Below are positions 53,411 to 63,774 of a stretch of 64,000 bases of DNA, piece by piece. The stretch is taken from NCBI GenBank assembly GCA_002104905.1, contig MCFE01000047.1:133528-197527 (forward strand), given 5' to 3'. The translations under genes and the position numbers were made by a program. The notes under the pieces were generated by a model. That model had not been told where the DNA came from. It did no database searches and worked only from the letters and a program-made list of their open reading frames with translations. How positions within the stretch are numbered: the stretch's first letter is position 1; each line of letters opens with the position of its first letter. The DNA comes from Basidiobolus meristosporus CBS 931.73. Taxonomy: Eukaryota > Fungi > Basidiobolomycota.

Positions 53411-55336
53411 AGGCTCGGGGTTAGTCTTTCGAACACGACTTTTCAAAAGCCTATTACTGGTGTATCGTATAGGACCCCTAGGACCCGTATACTCACAAAT
53501 ATGGAACTCCAGCGCTTTAGGAAATACCGCCGTAGCAATCTAACTCCCCAAAGATATTAGATCCCGCATAGGAAGCATCACCTGAAAATGAAGCTGGTTT
53601 AGTTGAAAAAAGGGTCATTCCATATGCCTATGCACCAGATGTAGTAATTGAGGTAATTCTCAGTAGCTCCACGCAAATCGCTCGATGGTTATCAGTATTC
53701 ATTAATGAGCCAAGTCTCATTAAAAACGCGCTTTCCTATTAAGCTCTCAGTATTTTCACCCCTATTGCAGTTTTCTATTTCTCGTAGAGCGGCGCTAGAG
53801 TGGCCATCGGGCTAGCAAAAAGTGGCAAAGCTATTACTCATTTATCCCTTAGATGCTGCGCTCCTGAGCATTTATCAAGAGGAGCCCGAAGGTTTTGTTA
53901 ATGATAGCACACTTTATGGGTTAAATCGCATCTACTCTCAAATTGGCAATCCCGGAAAGTACGTGTGACATGAGCTACTTTGTGATTTGGTATCGTTTGC
54001 AACATAAAAAGGAGCATTCTGCGTTTACGGATCTGTTTCCGAAATGACCAGTGATGTCGCAAATTGGTAAGATAGAGGATCAAGAAGCTCGCGAGGATTA
54101 CAGCAAATGCAATGAGGATGTATGGGGCTAGAATCTGATTCAATTGTAAATCACAACATATCTTCATATCAGCAGCAAACCCATTGTCCGGCAACGCATT
54201 GCGGTGAATGTAGTAAACGTTGCTGAGCATTCTCAACCAACCCATTAAAGAAAAACTCATGAATGCGCAATGATTGGCCACTGATTCCGGTTAGGACTGT
54301 CTAATGCGCACCATATCTGGAACCAGGGATTTCGAGTCTAATTACCGACTAATCGAGAACATTGAATAGTGTGTTTCAGATAAGAGCTTATTTGACAACC
54401 TCTCCTATGTCAGTGTTTCGAGTCGGGGGAGGAGCATTAGCGTGGATACATGTGTTTTTGTCACGGCCCCAACAACCAATACCTGCCCTTATCGACACCG
54501 ATGGTTGGCCTTGGGGTTGGCGCCCCAATAAGGCAATTCAATTGATTGCCAATGTTGTTGCCATCGTTACAGCATCCAGATAGCTGTCTACAAATTTCCG
54601 GATACCACGCACCTTCGCGCCTGAGTTACACCACAACCCTACATGCGCTTGTTACATTGGAAGAGAGCAATGCCAATCTTGTGCTCAGATTTGATGTCAG
54701 TGTGATTCAGATTAACTGTAGTATCAGTAGCCATCTGATACTTCGTTTATGCAAGTCTACCTCGGATTGTCACCGCTTAATATAGATCAATTCCATACGA
54801 ATCTAGTACTTGTTGAGCTCCACATTGCTATTTTGCGCTGGAGCACATGGTTTCATTATCGGGCCATCTCCGAATTATGGGGCTGGATTATATCATGTCT
54901 GATCGGCATTTGTGGTAACGGAGTAGACTAAAGCAGCAATGAAGAAAATTTATCGGAGATCACTTATATGGAAGTCTAGTCTCCTATAAGGCAGACCCAA
55001 GGGGCCAAATTTAGCAGGTTTTCATCGATAGATAGATGTGATATACAGACACGCTCTCAGCCAGCCAATTTTATTTGACGGGAGCGCAAATTGTTTTGCA
55101 AAGTCCTGGATGAATTAGGCAATTGGAAATCGCTCTCCCTAACCAATACTCCAATCCTGGCTAGTAATATTGGTGGTGTAGGCATGATAGCGTGCGGATA
55201 AATTGTCAGTAATGAAAACTTGGAAAGCTGAGTTGATCGTTTAGGAAAGAACTAATCTGGCTTTTGTGTATATAAGTGACAATGGGCTGCTGGGTTTCCT
55301 CGTCACCCAAAGACTTCCTAGCTCTATTCCCTCAAA

Positions 55337-56347
55337 ATGAGTCCCAAGCTTCAAATCCAGTTGGATCAAGATACATTTTACAAGAGAGAGTACGAGGAAG
55401 GTGGCGCTTCCTCCATGCTCAAAGGGAAGCTCGTCTTTTGCCCATCTTCTTCCATCAAAGTCGTGTACATAAACCTAAGCTTCCGTGGTAAGCTGACCAT
55501 GGCCAAAGGCTTCCAAACCACCAGAAAGACCTTTTTTGAGCACACCTGGACGTTTCATCACGACGTTGGTTCTACACTATTCGATGCCCAACAGTACACA
55601 TACGATTTCGACCTCCCATTGCCTAGTGATCTTCCAGAATCATGCGTCGCGGACTATGCCAGGGTGGAATACAGCCTGAAAGCTACTGTGGAAACCCCGT
55701 TGTTTTACTCCAATATCAGGACTGACAAAGCAGTGTTTATTCACAAGAACAACAGCCAATTATTGTCAGTGGCGTACAACACACACATCCAGAATTCCTG
55801 GAAAGATATGATTGACTACGAGGTAGTCATCCCCAGCCACGAGTACATTCCAGGAGATAGTTTCCCCGTCACGTTGAAGCACGTGATATTGGACCCGAGA
55901 TGCAAGCTTGTGAATGTGTGGGCTGGATTGAATGAGAAAACCATCTACAACAAGGCCGATGGCAGTCCCGGTGATGATGCCAGTTGTGTCAAAAAGTGGT
56001 TGCATACTACAACCACCGAGATTCTCGAAGGAAGTGAACAAAGTTACTTGTCGCTGACCGTTCCGAAATCCAGTAAAAATGTCCACTTCGACTCTAGTAC
56101 GCCATATGTGGAGGTGTTACATAGCCTTTATACAAGGATCGAAGTGGAGGTGGATGGAAAAATCGAACAGATTCGATCGATCCTTCCAGTCTGCGTAGTC
56201 CGTCATACAGTTGGCTCAGAGGAGACTCAGATGTACGAGCCATTGCCTACATATGAAATCATCAAGCTGGACTGCCCACCAACATACGCCACAAGCAAAT
56301 GTGTGGCGATCCCTCAAGCTGAAGCGCCACCGGCCTATATTCAATAG
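55337..56347 (+). CDS. Alpha-arrestin (ART-like) protein, intronless; last intact gene before the subtelomere
   Basis: LKGKLVF, YTYDFDLPLPSDLPES, VEYSLKATVE, and C-terminal LPTY, PPTY and PPAY motifs. Confidence 0.87.
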   Translation: MSPKLQIQLDQDTFYKREYEEGGASSMLKGKLVFCPSSSIKVVYINLSFRGKLTMAKGFQTTRKTFFEHTWTFHHDVGSTLFDAQQYTYDFDLPLPSDLPESCVADYARVEYSLKATVETPLFYSNIRTDKAVFIHKNNSQLLSVAYNTHIQNSWKDMIDYEVVIPSHEYIPGDSFPVTLKHVILDPRCKLVNVWAGLNEKTIYNKADGSPGDDASCVKKWLHTTTTEILEGSEQSYLSLTVPKSSKNVHFDSSTPYVEVLHSLYTRIEVEVDGKIEQIRSILPVCVVRHTVGSEETQMYEPLPTYEIIKLDCPPTYATSKCVAIPQAEAPPAYIQ

Positions 56348-56579
56348 AAAGTCGTCTTTGTGTTGAGCAATGTAAATTCTAATCACCTCCGTACATATGG
56401 ATCTAAAGTACACTCACTAGATTAATCAAACCCAATAAAACTGGTTATGTAAATTCTTATTAGATCGTTGAAATGTGTTTTTGATTGCCTACCTAAGTAA
56501 TTTTCGCTGTCTCAAGAATTTTACATTTTGTTCAATGAATCCTTGGTGGTTGGGTTTACAATAAAATTCGTGATTTGAG

Positions 56580-57872
56580 TTAAAAAACTGGATAAAAGCC
56601 ATACCAAGTGAAATGATGAAAATCCAATACATATGGCCTAGATGGAATTCAATTTGTTTCTAGATTGCAAATGATGTGCCAAGAAGCAGCAAGAAATATG
56701 TAGCCAACAAACTGTCAATTACCTGATAGCACTACCTAAAATAAGTCTTAAGTTGGTTTTTTGGGAATACTGTGATGCTATTTGTCTAATTGTGCTATCA
56801 GCAGCAAAGCATTGACTGGAAATGTAAGATTCTAACCTTGTTTGAGCCTATAGCATTAATTCCCTGAAGTTTCCTGATGCTGATGCCCACAAAGGTGCAA
56901 TCAGTTACCACTCCAGGGCCCTAGGCACCTCAACTGCCAGTGAAGCACTCAGCCACTACCTCTGAGATCACAAAGCGGTTGCCCAAAACAGAATGGATAC
57001 AAGAGCATTCTACTACTGCCAAGGTGATTGAAGTTGCACTTGAGGTGTCTGGCCATGCAGAGGCAGCCAAAGTCATGGCAGCACTTATTGCAACTTTTGA
57101 GTGCTTTAAATTTCAGTCTGTATCCCTACTGGATTGCACATTCATAATGAACAACCCTAATGGAACCTCTTGGAATGAAAATATTGGCTTTCTTGGTCAT
57201 GCCAGCATCAAGATCCTAAGCACTCAATCAAAAAGGAAAAAACCCAGAAAAAGGCAATTTCCCAAAAAGAAAAACCACCATGTACAAGGTCAAGATAATG
57301 ATGGCAAGCAGCACTCTCCTCCTCAGGCTGCAATAGTAGCTCAAGTAGCCACAGGCGTATGCAATAATAAGTGCGGCAACTCTTCAAGTGTTGATACACA
57401 TTTGTATACAAATGTGCCAATATGGCTCATGAAAGGCTGAAGACATTGCTCAGAGTATCATTGTGTGTTGCTATTTATTGAGGATGTTAGTGAGCTTGCT
57501 ACTAGTAAAAAATAAACTTCACCACCTGCAGAAATAAGTACTCTTTATCCTGCTGCATTCAAGCAAAAAAGCTGAAGATATACAATTTGCATTTGTTGCC
57601 ATCAAATCTTGTAGACTCCATGCTGCAACTTGGGACAAGTATTGGCCAACTGAGCTGCTTAGGAGATATGGTTGCACACTATTCAAATGGGTACCATTAT
57701 AACCTGTACTGCTGCTATGCAAGCTTTGCTCAAGTAACACTAAAGCAAAGTTGCTACCACTTGGTAAAAACAGCAATAGAGTAGTTCTCAAGGAGCTCCA
57801 AGTTAGAATATGTGAGCATAGCAAAAGTTTCAATTACAACCAGTTTCAGCACCAATTTACATGCTTTCAAAT
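56580..57872. pseudogene. CpG-depleted degenerate relic (unidentified decayed coding or repeat sequence)
   Basis: About 3 CG dinucleotides in about 1.3 kb by eye; broken ORFs on both strands; no recognisable motif. Confidence 0.4.
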
Positions 57873-58221
57873 TGTTGTAAGAGTCTTGGAGATATTGGAA
57901 GTGATTGGGAGGACAAGTAGATTATGTGGTTTTCACATAATGATTTATTGAATGTAAAAGTAGAATTTACACTTTTACCTGGTCTTGGCATTAAAAGCAT
58001 GTAGAATAGATTTAGGAAGGTCTCAAGAACATGTGTGCAAAGTTTGGGGCTGTTTGGACAACTTTGAGAATTTTCATGTTCTGGGTACCTGGTATTGTGG
58101 TGAAAATATTCTAATTAAATCCCGACAAGGAATTTGGTCAGTATTCTCTAGGATTTAAGGGTAATGATCTAAGTGACTAAGTTAGGTGAATATTTAGGTG
58201 GAATTACAAATTTTTACAACA
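57873..58221 (-). repeat. 3' LTR of the copia element (349 bp)
   Basis: TGTTGTAA...TTACAACA perfect 8-bp inverted termini, directly after the PPT GAGTGGGAG (58222-58230); contains AATAAA. Confidence 0.9.
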
Positions 58222-61200
58222 CTCCCACTCAGCTAAATGTTCATACTGACTAGTCCTAATTTTGACCTAAGATATTCAAACTTGTCTCTAGCTAATGGTT
58301 TGGTAAATATGTCTGCAATCATTTCATCTGTAGGACGGTAAACTAAGCTAACTAAGTTATTCTCTATAGCTTCTTGTATGAAATGTTGTCTAATATCTAT
58401 GTGCTTGGTTCTAGCATGAAAAGTTGGATTTCTACCTAATTGTATACATCCTTGATTATCTTGAAATAAAGTAATAGGCGTTTTTTGACATAGACCTAAA
58501 TCTGTAAAGAGCTTTCTTAACCACATTGCTTCTTTTGTAGCTTCACAGGCTGCCATATACTCTGCCTCTGTAGTAGAAAGTGCTACAGTTGGTTGCTTTC
58601 TTGAATTCCATGAAATTGCTCCTTTACAGTAAAGAAAGGTGTATCCTGTGGTGGATCTTCTGTCTTCCAAATTTTGTCCCCAGTCAGCATCAGAGTATCC
58701 CACAAGATCCTGTTCTGAATCATTATAAGTGTATCTTAAGCAGATATCAGCAGTTCCTTTTAGGTATCTAAAAATCCGCTTAACTGCTGCAATATGATCA
58801 GATCCATAGTTCTGATTATGTTGGCTGACAACTCCCAATGAATATGAGATATCTGGACGTGTTCCAAGCATGATATACATCAGACTGCCAACCATAGATT
58901 GATAAGGAAAGTCAGGGCTTTCAGATGGCACCAAGCTCTCTTGATTTGGTTGAGTTTTGACCAAGTCAAGGTTTGTCTCCATTGGGGTAGCTGCCGGTTT
59001 ACAGTCTTCCATTTTGTACTTCTTTAGTATATCTTGAATATACTTGGATTGACTTAGGGTGATAGTCTGGGTACTTCTGTCTATGGAGAACTTAATCCCT
59101 AAGTAGTAACTAAGTTCTCCTAGATTGGACATCTTGAACTCCTTAGATAGGCTGGATTTAGTCTCTTCCAATGTTTCTAGGTTATTGGCGGCTATAATAA
59201 GATCATCCACATATAGAGCTAATAGAACTGGATTTGCTCTATCTGGCTTATAGTATATACTATAGTCAGCATTACTCCTTTTGAAACTCAAAGATTCCAA
59301 ATAAGAATCTATCTTGCAATTCCAGGCTCTTGGTGATTGTTTGAGACCATATAGTGACTTTTTGAGCTTGCAGACCAAATGGGGGTTATTTTGGTCAACA
59401 AACCCATCAGGCTGGTCCATATACATGTCCTCATCAAGTTCTCCATTCAAAAATGCAGCTTTTACATCCATTTGATGAATAAAAAACTTATATTTGGCTG
59501 CAATAGCCAATATTAATCTGATAGAATTAAACTTGGCTACTGGTGCAAAGGTCTCAGTATAGTCAAGTCCTTTTGTTTGAGAGTATCCTTTGGCTACAAG
59601 TCTTGCTTTGTATCTTTCAATTGTACCATCAGCCTTGTATTTTGTCTTGAAGACCCATCTGCATCCAATTGACTTTTGGTTGATTGGTAATTTGACTAAG
59701 TCCCAAGTTTGATTTTCCATCAGGGCCTGATATTCCTCAGTCATTGCAGATCTCCAAAACTTTGTCTGAGGGCTATTTAGGGCCTCTTTTACAGTCTGGG
59801 GTTCATCAATATGGACTGAATAGGCATAGGCTAAGTTTGTACCCTTGTTGATATAGTAATTTGGGCTATTTCTTGTCCGATTGGATCTCTGGGCATTTGA
59901 TACTGGAATGATCACTTCTGGGATATTCCTGGGCACTGATTCTGGCTGAACCATGGTTGTAGAGTCCTCTGGAGTGAAAAAATTTTCATTGTTTTGCTCT
60001 GATTCAATCCTGACAATTGGTGGACTTGAGATCAAATTTTTGTCATCATCTGATGTCATTTTTGGTGAAAATTTTGAATTTTCATCAAACAACACATCCC
60101 TGGACTTGATAAGCTTCTTTGCTTTGGTATTGTAGAGTCTGTATGCCTTACTCTCATTGCAGTAGCCCAAAAATATGCATTTTACACTTTTTGGCTTAAA
60201 TTTTGACTGATTTCCGGCCAGTTTTTTGGCATATGCTGTGCACCCAAATATTCTTAGATGTTCTGCACTTGGTCTGTATCCATACCATGCTTCAAATGGA
60301 GTAGAATCACAAAGTATTCTGTTATAACTCCTATTTTTAAGGTATACAGCAGTGGCAGCTGATTCCGCCCAAAAATCATAGGATATTTTTGATCATGGAT
60401 CATAGATCTTGCCATATCAATTATTGATCTGTTAGCTTGTTCTGCTACTCCATTTTGCTGTGGGGAGTATGGTACAGTAGTCTCTTGCTTTATCCCATGA
60501 ATTTTGCAGAAGTGGGTGAAGAGTTTTGAGGTATATTCTCCACAATTGTCAGAGTGTATTTTCTTAATTTTTTCACCAGTTTCTCTCTCCACCATGGCTT
60601 TAAACTCCCTGAACTTAGACAGAGCTTCTTCCTTTCTCTCCATGAAGTAGACCCATGTGTATCTTGTATAATCATCAATAAAAGTGATTAAATACTTCAT
60701 CCGCCTAAGGATAAATTTTGCATAGGTCCGCACAGATCTGAGTGAATTAGATCTAATTTTTTCTTAGTTTTGATTAACCCAGAGCTCTTGAACAGTTGTC
60801 TGGCTTGTTTCCCATATATGCAGGCTTCACAGTGCTCCAAATTAGCTGGGGGATCAATTTTCACTCCAGAAATTAGCTGATCTTTGATCATTTTACGCAA
60901 ATAATCAAAATTGATGTGCCCAAATCTCCTGTGCCAAAGCATTGGTGTTTCTTCATTGAAGTTACTTATATTGGCTTCCAGATATGATGGAATATAAGTC
61001 AACTTGTATAGATTTTGATCTCTGATGCCCAAAGCAATATGGGCACCATTTTGATCAGTGATCCTGCATCCAGAATTGTCAAAACTGAAACTGAGTCCTT
61101 CTGCTGTGGCCTTGCTTACAGAGAGTAGGTTCTTGGCTATTTCTGGTACATAGAGTACTTCTTTAAAGGTCAGTGTATGGCTTCCTTCACTGCTTCTAAG

Positions 61201-61595
61201 GTTTACTTGGATAGTTCCTTCTCCCACTGCATCAAGTGTTCTATCGTCACCCATGAAAACCTTCTTAATTGGAATTTCTTGAAATTGTGTAAAAAGTTCT
61301 TTTTGGTGTGTAAAGTGTTGAGAAGCTCCAGAGTCAATGTACCACATCTGAGAATCCTTGTTTGTGGTCATATTTAGTGCAGATATGAGTAGTCTATCTT
61401 CAGTTGTTGCAGCATTTCCATATTCAGGCTTCTTTTGCTAATAATCTCTCTTTTTGAGACACAGGTCTGATGTGTGTCCTTTCCTTTTGCAGTAGTTGCA
61501 AAATAGGTTGCTATTGCCTTTGTAGGCTCTTGGGTACCTCCTTTGTTGGTTATCATTGCTTATTAAAGCATTTTCTTCTTCCTTCTTATTGGCAC
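57873..61595 (-). mobile_element. 5'-truncated, disrupted Ty1/copia LTR retrotransposon (end of gag, PR, GAG-pre/INT, RT, RNase H, PPT, 3' LTR)
   Basis: Zinc knuckle CNYCKRKGHTSDLC, PR WYIDSGASQHF, WHRRFGH..CEAC, INT FIDDYTRY/DNCGEY/PQQNGVAE, RT YKARLVAKG/QMDVKAAFL/YVDD, RH YSDADW/TEAEY/ADIFTK. One-nt frameshifts near 60700 and 60390, and an in-frame TAG at 61438-61440. No 5' LTR. Confidence 0.95.
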
Positions 61596-62107
61596 TGTAG
61601 TGGGGTGACAGTGACACCCACTGACAGATGTGCTCATTCCCTTATTTTCTACTTCCCTATATCTCTACTACACTTATTTTAGTTTTATCCCATTTGTCTT
61701 ACCCAATCAGTACTATCCCATAAGCCGGTTGACTATCACACCTGCCTACCTTATTGCATAAGTTACCCCTCACTTTATGTAAGATTACTAGCTATAAGTG
61801 CTTCTATATTAGGCAAGTGCCTGTGACAAATGATCAACCCGTGTCACCATCCCTACCATTTTCATACCATATATGGTATCCCCATGTTACACAGGTTTCA
61901 GAATACTGATTCCTGATTGGTTGGATGTGCTGTGCCTCTTAGAACCTTCCAGCACCTACTTAGAACATTCTTAGATCATTCTGATGTCATTAAGATTTCT
62001 ATTGATATCCGGAACCTTCTGGAACACCATGATTAGTAATCACTTAGCCGGTAAGAAAAGTATATAAGGGAGGCTATCCCTCAACAATAAATCATCATCC
62101 CTTTTAT
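61596..62107 (+). mobile_element. LTR-like fragment(s) interrupting copia gag and cut off by the telomeric retroelement
   Basis: Gag homology stops at TGTAGTGGGG (61596). An imperfect inverted end CCCCATGTTACA lies at 61880-61891. From about 61885 come TGTTAC..., repeated (T/G)GAACCTTC/TAGAACATTC motifs, TATATAAG (62061) and AATAAA (62086), with no terminal CA or TSD. Confidence 0.5.
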
Positions 62108-63056
62108 TTAGGGGGGGAGACAGTCACCAACAGGTGAAATCTTTATTTCAGTTGAAACAAAGAAGCCAGCGCTACTGTTGTAGCTTTGATACAAGAGTGT
62201 GTAGCTGAGGGGAATTTGTAGGTAAGATAATATGAAGTGATGATAGTTCTTCAGTGCTCAAGACACTGTTCAGTGGGAAGGGGGGTAGCAAGAGAGGTAA
62301 GAATGACTTGTGAACAACATTAATGAGGGGAATGTGATAAGGATTGATATTCATCATAAAGGGAGTGTGCTGCTGCAGATATTGCTGCCAAAGGTCTGTC
62401 AAGTACTTCAGGTAGGCCAGCTTGGGTTTTTCTGACTGCAGAATATAGTGAGCAAACTTCTTGACTTCAGGATCTCCAAGTATAGTTCTCCAGCAGGAGC
62501 CAGGTGTTGTGTGGTGTGTTCTCTTCCAGGCCTTAATCAGTGGGTTGTTGCAGTTGTGAAGTCTGAGGTATAATCTGGTTCTAAGGTAGAGAAGTCTGAT
62601 CGTATAGGGCATAAACCCAAAAGCACCAAGAATGGCATGTCTGTAGGGGCATTCAGGCAAATGAGGCACCAAGGAGGTAATGCACCATACTGCAAACTTG
62701 TCAAGCTTAGTGCAGTCTCTAGAAGTAAGAGAGAGAAGTGGTAAGCCAAATTCCAGGACAGGGAAGACAAACTGCTTGAGTAGAAGAAGGCAGCTGGGAG
62801 CTGAAGTTGTAGGAGGAGTAACAGCCAGTAGCTTGTGGAGTGCCTGTCTTGCTAGGATAATTCTCTTCTTCAGGTGTGCTCCAGAGTCTAGTCCAGTAGG
62901 AAGGAAAGGAAAGCCAAGATATGTAGCAGAAACCTGAGCAGGTAGAGTGGAGTTCTCCAAGTTGATGGGAGAGCCCAAAGGTACTGTCTTTGCAATGGAA
63001 AGCTGGAGATTATTCTTCTGCAGATACTGGTGGATGGTCTGGGAGTCTTGTTGCAC
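62108..63056 (-). mobile_element. Telomere-associated LINE-type retroelement, copy 1 (949 bp, 5'-truncated just after the expected YADD motif)
   Basis: Open 294-codon frame: QQDSQTIHQYLQKNNLQLSIAKT (RT motif 6), TYLGFPF (motif 7), LKQFVFPVLEFG (LINE thumb PxLxYG-like). The 64-nt 3' UTR ends in CCCCCCCTAA. Confidence 0.85.
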
Positions 63057-63774
63057 TTAGGGGGGGAGACAGTCACCAACAGGTGAAATCTTTATTTCAG
63101 TTGAAACAAAGAAGCCAGCGCTACTGTTGTAGCTTTGATACAATAGTGTGTAGCTGAGGGGAATTTGTAGGTAAGTTAATAAGAAGTGATGATAGTTCTT
63201 CAGTGCTCAAGACACTGTTCAGTGGGAAGGGGGGTAGCAAGAGAGGTAAGAATGACTTGTGAACAACATTAATGAGGGGAATGTGATAAGGATTGATATT
63301 CATCATAAAGGGAGTGTGCTGCTGCAGATATTGCTGCCAAAGGTCTGTCAAGTACTTCAGGTAGGCCAGCTTGGGTTTTTCTGACTGCGGAATATAGTGA
63401 GCAAACTTCTTGACTTCAGGATCTCCAAGTATAGTTCTCCAGCAGGAGCCAGGTGTTGTGTGGTGTGTTCTCTTCCAGGCCTTAATCAGTGGGTTGTTGC
63501 AGTTGTGAAGTCTGAGGTATAATCTGGTTCTAAGGTAGAGAAGTCTGATCTTATAGGGCATAAACCCAAAAGCACCAAGAATAGCATGTCTGTAGGGGCA
63601 TTCAGGCAAATGAGGCACCAAGGAGGTAATGCACCATACTGCAAACTTGTCAAGCTTAGTGCAGTCTCTAGAAGTAAGAGAGAGAAGTGGTAAGCCAAAT
63701 TCCAGGACAGGGAAGACAAACTGCTTGAGTAGAAGAAGGCAGCTGGGAGCTGAAGTTGTAGGAGGAGTAACAGC
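63057..63774 (-). mobile_element. Telomere-associated LINE-type retroelement, copy 2 (718 bp, more deeply 5'-truncated), directly capped by telomere
   Basis: Same 3' end (TTAGGGGGGGAGACAGTCACC on +); 6 substitutions versus copy 1 over 718 bp. The sequence switches from ...GTAACAGC (copy 1 continues CAGTAGC) straight to TTAGGG. Confidence 0.87.

Noticed and set aside
53898-54281. 127-aa minus-strand ORF with a hydrophobic stretch
   Set aside because: No recognisable family or supporting exon structure; it could be a chance ORF in a long intergenic region.
61596-61891. Intact solo LTR with target-site duplication
   Set aside because: The termini are only imperfectly inverted and the flanks (GGCAC / CAGGT) do not match; kept only as an LTR-like fragment.
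63054-63059. Telomeric TTA reads as an in-frame TAA just upstream of both truncated ORFs
   Set aside because: About a 1 in 9 chance for two junctions; no functional meaning can be supported.
62108-63774. Calling the terminal repeats Penelope-like (Athena/Coprina) elements or a CRISPR/satellite array
   Set aside because: The units are long ORF-bearing copies with no repeat-spacer structure. The YLG and PVLEFG motifs fit LINE RTs better than PLE RTs, and no hammerhead core was found. PLE is not fully excluded without a phylogeny.
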